From positions 1,796 through 65,795 of the forward strand of contig CAZEEG010000010.1 in NCBI GenBank assembly GCA_964511065.1: a DNA stretch of 64,000 nucleotides, read 5' to 3'. The notes beneath the pieces are model-generated. The model saw only the letters and a list, made by a program, of their open reading frames with translations. It was not told the origin of the DNA and did not search any database. The position numbers and the translations under genes were made by a program. The first letter of the stretch is position 1; every line of letters starts with the position of its first letter. The DNA comes from an uncultured Pirellulales bacterium. GTDB taxonomy: Bacteria > Planctomycetota > Planctomycetia > Pirellulales > S012-138. Below, in pieces: positions 56,576-64,000 of the stretch.

Positions 56576-57769
56576 TCATTCCCGGCTAGCTGCCGCAAGT
56601 ACGTCGACCAGTCTGGCGATCATTTCAGGGCTGTGTGCCGCGGTCAGGCAGATGCGCAGGCAGGCTTCGCCCGGGCGAACCGATGGCGGGCGAATGGCCG
56701 GAATCCACAGTCCTTGTTCCCGGAGTGCTGCCGAAAGGTCCAGTGCTTTCTGGCTGTCGCCCACCACCAGCGGCACAATCTGGCTGGCGGATTGTCCCAG
56801 ATTCCAACCTTGGCGGCGCAAGCGGTCGGCCAACTTCGCGGCCGCAGCCAGCAGTTGTTCACGGCGCTGCGGTTCCTCCCGCACAATCTGCAATGCCGCC
56901 AGGGCCGCCGCGGCGTTGGATGGTGGGGCCGCCGTGGAAAAGATATATGGCCTCGCGCGGTTGATCAGCCATTGGATCAAGGCATCGGGGCCGGCGACAA
57001 AGCCGCCACTGCATCCCAGGGCCTTGCTGAGCGTGCCCACGCGGATACTCACGGCCTGCTCCACGCCGGCCGCTTCGCACAACCCACGACCCGAGGCGCC
57101 GAATACGCCGGTCGCATGTGCTTCGTCGACCATCAGCATGGCGTGATGCTTCTCGGCTAGCTCTGCAAGCTGCGCTAGCGGCGCCATGTCGCCATGCATG
57201 CTGAACAGCGTATCAGTGACGATCAACCGCCGCCGCGCGTCACCGGCCGCTGCCAGTTGCGAGCGCAGTGCTGCCATGTCGCCGTGGGGATAGATATGCA
57301 CGTCGGCCCGGGAAAGCCGGCAGCCATCGACAATGCTGGCATGGTTCAGTTCGTCGCTGAAGACGGCATCGCCGCGGCCCACCAGCGAACAGATTGTGCC
57401 GACATTCGCCGCATAGCCCGAGGCGAACACGAGCGCGGCCTCAGTGCCTTCAAAGGCTGCCAGCTCCCGTTCCAGGTCGGCCTGCCACGAGGTATAGCCC
57501 ACCACCAGTGGGCTGGCCCCGGCTCCCCAGCCCACTTTGCCGATGGCTTGCCGGGCGGCCTCGGCAACACGCGAATCGACAGACAGCCCCAGGTAATCGT
57601 TCGAGGCAAAGTTCAGCCAGGTTTGCCCTCCGCGCGACAGCAAGCCGGGGCCGGCGCCATCGCGGGCGTGGAGTGTCCGCCGCAGATGTTGTTGGTCGAG
57701 CGATTCGAGGGCCTCGGGCAGCCAGGCCAGCGACGGTGGTAAAGAACTCACGGCGGCACCTTGATGCAT
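56576..57769 (-). CDS. bioF: 8-amino-7-oxononanoate synthase
   Basis: Motifs are FASNDYLGL, ALVFASGYAAN, DEAHATGV and the TLSKALG PLP-Lys context. Confidence 0.85.
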   Translation of the reverse strand: MHQGAAVSSLPPSLAWLPEALESLDQQHLRRTLHARDGAGPGLLSRGGQTWLNFASNDYLGLSVDSRVAEAARQAIGKVGWGAGASPLVVGYTSWQADLERELAAFEGTEAALVFASGYAANVGTICSLVGRGDAVFSDELNHASIVDGCRLSRADVHIYPHGDMAALRSQLAAAGDARRRLIVTDTLFSMHGDMAPLAQLAELAEKHHAMLMVDEAHATGVFGASGRGLCEAAGVEQAVSIRVGTLSKALGCSGGFVAGPDALIQWLINRARPYIFSTAAPPSNAAAALAALQIVREEPQRREQLLAAAAKLADRLRRQGWNLGQSASQIVPLVVGDSQKALDLSAALREQGLWIPAIRPPSVRPGEACLRICLTAAHSPEMIARLVDVLAAASRE

Positions 57770-57920
57770 TTGAGCGAATGGGCCTCATTGCCGCGGCAGC
57801 GAGGCGTGCTCCGAGGACGGTAAGCCCCGTAGCGCTTGGAAGAAGCGATGAACCATGCAACATGGCGCTGGAATCGCAGAAGCGGGTTAGCGCGGCAGCT
57901 CACGCCCGACCAGCGTTACG

Positions 57921-60521
57921 TTAATCCGGTTGTGCCTGCCGCTTCCATCTTTCAATCAAGTTGAGGGCTGCCAATGGTGTCAAGCCGTTGATGTCCAATT
58001 GCCGCAGTTCATCGAGCAGCGGATGCTCCGCGGGGCCAAATAGTGTGAGCTGCATGGCCGAGCCTTTGGGCCGCTCCTGAGGCGTGTGGATGGCTTGGAC
58101 ACCTGCTGCGTGCTGACCTTCCAGTTCCCAAAGCACATCCTTGGCCCGGTCGATGACTTCCCGCGGTACCCCGGCCAGGCGGGCCACGTGAATGCCGTAG
58201 CTCTTGTCCGCGGCCCCGGGCACGATCTTGTGCAGAAAGACGATCTCGTCTTCCCACTCTCGGACGGCCACGTTGTAGTTCTTCAACCGTGGCAGGCTTT
58301 GGGCCAGGTTGGTCAACTCGTGGTAATGGGTGGCGAACAGCGTCCGGCAACCAATGCTGTCGTGCAGGTGCTCGGTCACGCTCCAGGCAAGCGACACGCC
58401 ATCGTAGGTGCTGGTTCCGCGGCCGATCTCGTCCAGAATCACCAGGCTGCGCTGGGTGGCCGTGTTGAGGATGCGGGCTGTCTCCGTCATTTCCACCATG
58501 AACGTACTGCGGCCCCGCGCCAACTCGTCGCTGGCACCGACGCGGGCAAAGATGCGGTCCGCAATGCCGATGGTGGCCTTGGCCGCTGGGACAAAACTGC
58601 CCATCTGGGCCATCAGCGCGAGCAGTGCGACCTGGCGGATATAGGTGCTCTTGCCGGCCATGTTCGGGCCAGTGATGAGCAGTAGCGTGCCATCGTCGCC
58701 ACCGAGGCTAATGTCGTTGGGAACAAACGTTCCTTCCGGTTCGGTGACGTCGAGCACCGGGTGCCGGCCTTCCTCGATCCGGAGCACGGGTTCTTCGGTC
58801 ATTTCTGGCCGGCAATAGCCGCGGAGTCTCGCTTGCTCGGCCAGCGCGCACAGCACGTCGAGTTGGGCCAACACGTCGGCCGAGGCCTGCATCCGTTGCA
58901 CCAGGCCTTCGACTTGCCCTCGCAGTTCGAGAAACACCCGATGTTCAAGTGCCTTGGCCTGCTCGTCGGCCGAAAGTACTTTCTCCTCGTACTCCTTCAG
59001 CTCCGGCGTGATGTACCGCTCGGCGTTCTTGATGGTCTGTTTGCGTATGTATTCGGCCGGGACCTTGTCGCGGTGGGCGTGGGTGACCTCCAGGTAATAG
59101 CCAAAGACCTTGTTGAAGCCGACCTTGAGCGATGGGATGCCGGTGCGCTCGATCTCCTGCTTTTGATAGCCGGCGATCCATTGCTTGCCGCCCTGCGCCA
59201 GTTCGCGCAGGTTATCCAGTTCCGGCAGGTAGCCCGCCCGGATGAAGCCGCCCTCGCTGCTGTTCAACGGGCAATCGGCTTCCAACGCCGCCTCGAGCCG
59301 GGTGGTCAGTTCCGCGCACAAGTCGAGCCGGCCTTCCAGTTCGTTCAAGAGTTGGCTGGTTCGAGCGGCCAACTTGGCTTTGATGGCGGGAAGCCGCCGC
59401 ATCGTCCGGCCGATAAAACTCAAATCGCGAGGGCTCGCCCTGCCGGTGGTGACGCGGGCCAATAACCTCTGGAGGTCGTACACGTCGCCAAGCTGTTCGC
59501 GCAGTTCGCCGCAGGTTCGGGTATCGCGGAGCAGTTCTTCCACTGCCTCGTGTCGTGCCCGGATGGCGTCGAGATTGGTCAGTGGTGCGGCCAACCAGTC
59601 GGCCAGACGGCGCGACCCCATGGCGGTCATCGTGCGGTCGAGTATTCCCAGCAGGGAGCCCTCGCGGCGGCCTTCGCGGATGGTGGCCGTGATTTCGAGA
59701 CTGCGGCGCGAAGCCTCGTCGATTTCCAGCGCATCGCCGGGCCGGTACGGAATCAGCGCGTCGATGTGGCCCAACTGGGTTTTTTGCGTTTCGGCCAGGT
59801 AATCCAGAATGGCGCCGGCAGCGGCCAGGGCTGGAGCGTCCTGCTCGTCGAACCCAAAACCGCCCATATCCTTGGTGCCGAAGTGGTCCGCCAACTTGCG
59901 GGCCGATTCCACCTGCGCGAATGTCCAGTCGGGCCGCCGCGTGATCAGCATGTGCTGAGGCAGCAACTCGGGCGGCAACGCCTCGGCCAAATCCACACTG
60001 TCGGCGAGCAAACACTCCGAGGGCGCCAGCCGAGCCAACTCGTCGATGATGCGCGACCGCGTACCGCACGAGGCATAAAAGGTGCCGGTGGAAAGCTCGA
60101 CCCAGGCCAAGCCGAGGGATGGGCCCTTGGTGAGGGCGATGGCTGCCAGGAAATTGCTCTGGCGAGGGTCCAGCAGGGCATCATCGGTCACGGTGCCAGG
60201 GGTGACAATCCGCGTCACCTCGCGTTTGACGAGCCCCTTGGCTTCCTTGGGATCTTCGACCTGTTCGCAAATGGCCGCCCGGTGACCGGCCGCAATGAGC
60301 TTGGCCAGGTAGCTTTCCAACTGGTGGTGCGGGAAGCCGGCCATGGGAATAGGGTTTTCGCCCTTGTCGCGGCTGGTGAGTGTCAGCCCCAACTCCTTGG
60401 CCGCCAGCTTGGCATCGTCATGAAACAGCTCGTAGAAGTCCCCCATGCGGAACAGCAACAGGGCATCGGGGCAGGCCTTCTTGGCCTCCTCGTACTGCCG
60501 CATCATCGGGGTGGATGCCAT
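57921..60521 (-). CDS. mutS: DNA mismatch repair protein MutS
   Basis: The N-terminus is [15 protein letters not shown]. Walker A is [10 protein letters not shown], and further motifs are DEIGRGTST and FATHYHEL. The upstream 64 codons of the track ORF are not MutS-like. Confidence 0.95.
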   Translation of the reverse strand: MASTPMMRQYEEAKKACPDALLLFRMGDFYELFHDDAKLAAKELGLTLTSRDKGENPIPMAGFPHHQLESYLAKLIAAGHRAAICEQVEDPKEAKGLVKREVTRIVTPGTVTDDALLDPRQSNFLAAIALTKGPSLGLAWVELSTGTFYASCGTRSRIIDELARLAPSECLLADSVDLAEALPPELLPQHMLITRRPDWTFAQVESARKLADHFGTKDMGGFGFDEQDAPALAAAGAILDYLAETQKTQLGHIDALIPYRPGDALEIDEASRRSLEITATIREGRREGSLLGILDRTMTAMGSRRLADWLAAPLTNLDAIRARHEAVEELLRDTRTCGELREQLGDVYDLQRLLARVTTGRASPRDLSFIGRTMRRLPAIKAKLAARTSQLLNELEGRLDLCAELTTRLEAALEADCPLNSSEGGFIRAGYLPELDNLRELAQGGKQWIAGYQKQEIERTGIPSLKVGFNKVFGYYLEVTHAHRDKVPAEYIRKQTIKNAERYITPELKEYEEKVLSADEQAKALEHRVFLELRGQVEGLVQRMQASADVLAQLDVLCALAEQARLRGYCRPEMTEEPVLRIEEGRHPVLDVTEPEGTFVPNDISLGGDDGTLLLITGPNMAGKSTYIRQVALLALMAQMGSFVPAAKATIGIADRIFARVGASDELARGRSTFMVEMTETARILNTATQRSLVILDEIGRGTSTYDGVSLAWSVTEHLHDSIGCRTLFATHYHELTNLAQSLPRLKNYNVAVREWEDEIVFLHKIVPGAADKSYGIHVARLAGVPREVIDRAKDVLWELEGQHAAGVQAIHTPQERPKGSAMQLTLFGPAEHPLLDELRQLDINGLTPLAALNLIERWKRQAQPD

Positions 60522-60862
60522 AGCCCTACAACAAACGATTTCAAAATGGAATGAATGCGAGAAATGCGAAAAATGTGGCCTCTGCAAACATTGGTTGCTG
60601 CCAGAACGCCAGGGGAGCCGCCAGGCATGTTCTGGCTTCCGGCCGCAAGGGACGCATGCTAGCAGACCCGGCCTAGGGCACTCAAGGGTGGCAACGCCGG
60701 GAGCGGGCTGCAATGGCGGGGCAGGGCAGGGGAGTGCCCGATCAAGAGATGCTGCTTGAGGGGATAGCGGCAGATTGTCTATACTGCGCAGGCAGCAAAG
60801 ACGGTGGTGGATGTCACCGTCGGCAGCGCGTTCAGGAGGTACCGACTTCGGAGCACGGAATC

Positions 60863-61084
60863 ATGTCGATGGCAACCCTTCCTTCCGCTGTCGCCCGAAT
60901 TGGCGAAGCGGCCGGCCAACTTTGGCACCATCTCAACGAAAACGGGCCGCAATCGATCTCCAAGCTCGTTAAGGATATCGAGGCCCCCCGCGACTTGGTG
61001 ATGCAAGCCCTGGGGTGGCTGGCGCGGGAGGACAAGATTGCGATCGACGAAGAGAATCGCAGTCGAATTGTTTCGCTCAAGTAG
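60863..61084 (+). CDS. small winged-helix (DUF2582-like) protein
   Basis: 73 aa from the ATG at 60863. IGEAAGQLWHHLNENGPQSISKLVKDIEAPRDLVMQALGWLAREDKI matches the pattern of small wHTH proteins of this type. Confidence 0.55.
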   Translation: MSMATLPSAVARIGEAAGQLWHHLNENGPQSISKLVKDIEAPRDLVMQALGWLAREDKIAIDEENRSRIVSLK

Positions 61085-61135
61085 ACTGCTACAGGCCTTG
61101 GTATGGAGGGCCTATTGAAAGGCCTCTGCGATCCG

Positions 61136-62212
61136 TTAGGTCGTCTTCGCGGTTTCGCTGGCCTGGGGCTGGTCCGAGTCGAGCGAATCGGTGGCGGGAT
61201 CGGTTTCTTCCATGGGCCGGCCACCTTCGTTGACGGTGGTCACCTTCCGCCCTGCCCAACGTAAGTGCTTGGGTGGAATGATGTTCGACGCCAAGCCCAT
61301 CTTCTCCAACAACCTGATGAAGTGGTAGTTCAGGTCGAACTCCCACCATCGGTGCTGCACGGAGCACGATGCCTGGTCGAAGTGGTGGTTGTTATGCCAG
61401 CCTTCGCCACCGGTGATGACCGCTACAAACCAGTTGTTGCGGCTGCCTTCATCGGTGGTGTAGTTGCGATACCCAAACAGGTGGGTCAGCGAATTAACAG
61501 CCCAGGTGATGTGCCACACGTACACGGTGCGGACCACCACACCCCAAAGCAGGCAACTCCAAGCCAGTTGCCAGGCTGCATCCATGCCGCCCCAGTAATA
61601 TCCCAGGCCAAACCCGGCGTAGAAAATCGCCAAGGCGTGTAACAGGTAGATGCCGGGCCACACCCAGCGGTGCTTCTCCAAATACAGGTAGAACGGATCG
61701 GAGAGGATGTCTCGGGCGTAGCGGTGGTACGCTGAGATATCGTGCGTGCCGCGGTTCTCTACGAGCAGCCAGCCAATGTGCGACCAAAAGAAGTTCACAA
61801 AGGGGCTGTGAGGATCTTCCTGATGATCGGAGTGGTTGTGGTGGATGCGGTGCCACGCAACCCATTTGGCCGGCGTATCTTGCGCACAGCAGAGGGCATT
61901 GATCACAAAGCACCGCTCCACCCACTTGGGTGTGCGAAAGCTCTTGTGGGTCAGTTGGCGGTGATAGCAGATGGGGATGCCCAACTGACCGAAGAAGTTA
62001 ATCCCGACAAAAAATAGCGCAACGCCCGTCCAACTGAAGAAATACGGCACAAAGATCAGCAGGACGGCCAGATGCATCACGATGAACGGAATCGCGTACA
62101 CCCAAAGAATCCTTCCCCGCACCAGTGTGGAAGGATAGGGTAGCCGCGCAGGTCGCGAGGCTTGCGACGTATCGGCTTGCTTCTGCTTGGGAACGGTCGC
62201 TACCTGACTCAT
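61136..62212 (-). CDS. membrane acyl-CoA/acyl-lipid delta-9-type fatty acid desaturase
   Basis: Three His boxes are present: HRQLTH, HRIHHNHSD and HNNHH. There are four TM segments. The start was chosen at MSQVAT. Confidence 0.85.
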   Translation of the reverse strand: MSQVATVPKQKQADTSQASRPARLPYPSTLVRGRILWVYAIPFIVMHLAVLLIFVPYFFSWTGVALFFVGINFFGQLGIPICYHRQLTHKSFRTPKWVERCFVINALCCAQDTPAKWVAWHRIHHNHSDHQEDPHSPFVNFFWSHIGWLLVENRGTHDISAYHRYARDILSDPFYLYLEKHRWVWPGIYLLHALAIFYAGFGLGYYWGGMDAAWQLAWSCLLWGVVVRTVYVWHITWAVNSLTHLFGYRNYTTDEGSRNNWFVAVITGGEGWHNNHHFDQASCSVQHRWWEFDLNYHFIRLLEKMGLASNIIPPKHLRWAGRKVTTVNEGGRPMEETDPATDSLDSDQPQASETAKTT

Positions 62213-62656
62213 GGTCGCACTCAACAGGTAAGTGGGGAGCGCGCATCGGGAAGCGGGAGCGCGTGATTGGAATAAAATAGGAGGATAGATAAATTCGGGG
62301 GGAAAGGCAACCACCAAGAGCGGGGAATTTACTCCCGGTCGGTGGTGCGCACCCGTCGAGCCCCGGATTAAGCAGCGCACCTCGCCCAAGCCTTGTTACG
62401 GCGATCCGGGCGAACCATTCGCAGCGTGCGGCCCGGTTGGGGGGATGTCTTGTTCATCGACCGGGCAGCCTAAGGGAATCACCCCCTAAAGGGCACGCTT
62501 GAATTTTACGCGGCTGATGGCTGCCGATTGCGCATTGCGCGCGGATTTTAGCGGTTAAACCCTGGGAGCACCGCGGCGTCTTGGCTTGCAAGAAGCGAAT
62601 GGATACGTCAAGGAGGCTGCGAGCGGCGGTTCTATGACAGGCGAATCGGCGAAAGA

Positions 62657-63871
62657 TTATGCCGGCCGAGTTAGCGGACAGGCCGCGGCCACTTTGGCGA
62701 AAGCATCGGCCACGCGGGCGATGGTTTCCGCGGGTTCGAGCAGCACCGGGTGATGCAGCACCATCATGTGCTCGGCCGCCGCCAGGCTATGGGGCAACGT
62801 GCCGACTTTCCGGCAGCGCCGCGCACCTCGCAGGGCAAATCCCCGAAAGCCTTCGTGCAACGCGACCCCTTCTGCCTGAATGGCTGCGAGAAAGTCGGCA
62901 CGGCTGGTCCCGCCCAGTTTCGCTGGGTCGTGCCAAATACCTAGTTTGTAGTACGCCGGAAGCCATCCGGAGGTGTGGCGTGCATTTCGGCCATCTTGGC
63001 CCACGACTTTCAAACCTGTCTGGGTCTCGATCCAGGCGCTCAATTGCTCCGCGGCTTCAGCACGCCTTGCGGTATCGGTGGCCAGTTGAGCCAGTTGCGG
63101 GCGGAGCACGGCAGCCTGAAGTTCACTGAGCGGAAAAGTTTGATTGCCTCGCTCGCTACTGATCTTCATACGCTGATGGATCGCCGGTTGGGCTGTGACC
63201 ACGGCGCCCCCGCGTCCGGCGGTCAGCAGCTTGCTGCCGCCGAAACTGAACACGCCCACGTCGCCCCAGGTACCGGCCAGCCGGCCTTCGATCCAGGCAC
63301 CGGGCACCTGGCACGCGTCTTCCACGATGGCGACATCGCACGTTCGGGCCCAAGCGGTGATGGCCTGCATGTGAGCTAACCCGCCGTGCAGATGGGAAAC
63401 AATGACCGCCTTGGTGGCCGGCCCGGCAGCCTGGGGCAATTGTTCCACGTCGACACTGGCGGTGGCAGGATCGATATCGACCAGTACCACTTGGGCCCCC
63501 ACGGCTTCGATCGCCCGGAAGTTGCCAGGAAAATCGTACCCGGCCAGGATGACTTCGTCGCCGGGCCCGATTCCCAATCCGCGCAAAGCCAGTTCCACGG
63601 CCACCGTGCCCGACGAACAGAGCGTTACGAGCCACTCTTCTCCGGGCAAGCGCAGCCACTGGGCCAGTTCGCTAGCCAACGCGGCACATTGCTCTCCGTG
63701 ATAACGCCCCCAGTCGCCGGAGGCGTACACGGCATCCAGCGCGGCACGCACGCCCTCATCGGGCCGCGGCCAGGAAGGCGGCCCCTGGGGCAATACCGGT
63801 TGCCCGCCGTAGCAGGCCAAAGCTGCCTGTGCGCGTCGAGCGGCAGGAGATGGTTGAGGCAAATCGTTCAA
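62657..63871 (-). CDS. DegT/DnrJ/EryC1/StrS-family PLP-dependent sugar aminotransferase
   Basis: Motifs are CSSGTVAVELALRGLGIGPGDEV, VIVSHLHGG and the FSFGGSKLLTAGRGG Lys context. Confidence 0.8.
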   Translation of the reverse strand: MNDLPQPSPAARRAQAALACYGGQPVLPQGPPSWPRPDEGVRAALDAVYASGDWGRYHGEQCAALASELAQWLRLPGEEWLVTLCSSGTVAVELALRGLGIGPGDEVILAGYDFPGNFRAIEAVGAQVVLVDIDPATASVDVEQLPQAAGPATKAVIVSHLHGGLAHMQAITAWARTCDVAIVEDACQVPGAWIEGRLAGTWGDVGVFSFGGSKLLTAGRGGAVVTAQPAIHQRMKISSERGNQTFPLSELQAAVLRPQLAQLATDTARRAEAAEQLSAWIETQTGLKVVGQDGRNARHTSGWLPAYYKLGIWHDPAKLGGTSRADFLAAIQAEGVALHEGFRGFALRGARRCRKVGTLPHSLAAAEHMMVLHHPVLLEPAETIARVADAFAKVAAACPLTRPA

Positions 63872-64000
63872 TGCCGGTACTGGGAACGTACACGAACAGG
63901 TGATGGGAGAACAGCCAAGCGTAGGCGCCCCCGCAGCTTAGCTCCAGTTTGCTTCTCGCTGGCAGCGTGTGCAATGGAATGTGGCCCGTTGCGCCTGGAC

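Overview
This is a GC-rich chromosomal segment, most likely from a Planctomycetota (Pirellulales-like) genome. The pointers are an MtdA-type methylene-H4MPT dehydrogenase, a PVC-type 'membrane-bound dehydrogenase + heme-binding domain' protein, and a giant secreted protein with the N-terminal E-x-R-L-(L/M)-L-S motif. Long intergenic spacers and many spurious antisense ORFs fit the same picture. I can support about 41 protein-coding genes, most of them on the minus strand. They cover housekeeping and metabolism (gap, glgA plus a GH57 glucan enzyme, leuC, bioF, mutS, a delta-9-type desaturase, a class-III aminotransferase, a DegT-type aminotransferase, HIT, MazG-like). Envelope and secreted functions include a 1570-aa SdrD-B/FG-GAP repeat protein, a secreted WD40 protein, an AsmA/TamB-like protein, HtrA, a C25-like peptidase and DUF58 plus a TgpA-like transglutaminase. 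There are four CxxCH heme proteins, an orphan pilT, an Nramp-like transporter and several signalling-type proteins. I found no rRNA, tRNA, CRISPR array, transposase, integrase or prophage signature, so the window looks like core genome rather than an accessory island. I could not identify an unambiguous new multi-gene system. The most interesting candidates are listed here.
1. A minus-strand trio: a tandem Kdo/WaaP-type kinase, a pseudo-receiver + RsbU_N (KaiA-like architecture) protein, and a translationally overlapped MazG-type pyrophosphohydrolase.
2. The giant repeat protein, which carries a 193-bp perfectly duplicated segment.
3. An orphan HerA/DUF853-like NTPase with a long C-terminal extension.
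4. A duplicated translation-initiation cassette in front of glgA.
5. A small membrane-protein gene whose Shine-Dalgarno/ATG and coding-like frame disagree.
6. Several 0.5-0.9 kb structured non-coding gaps.
All family assignments are by-eye motif recognition. No database search was run.
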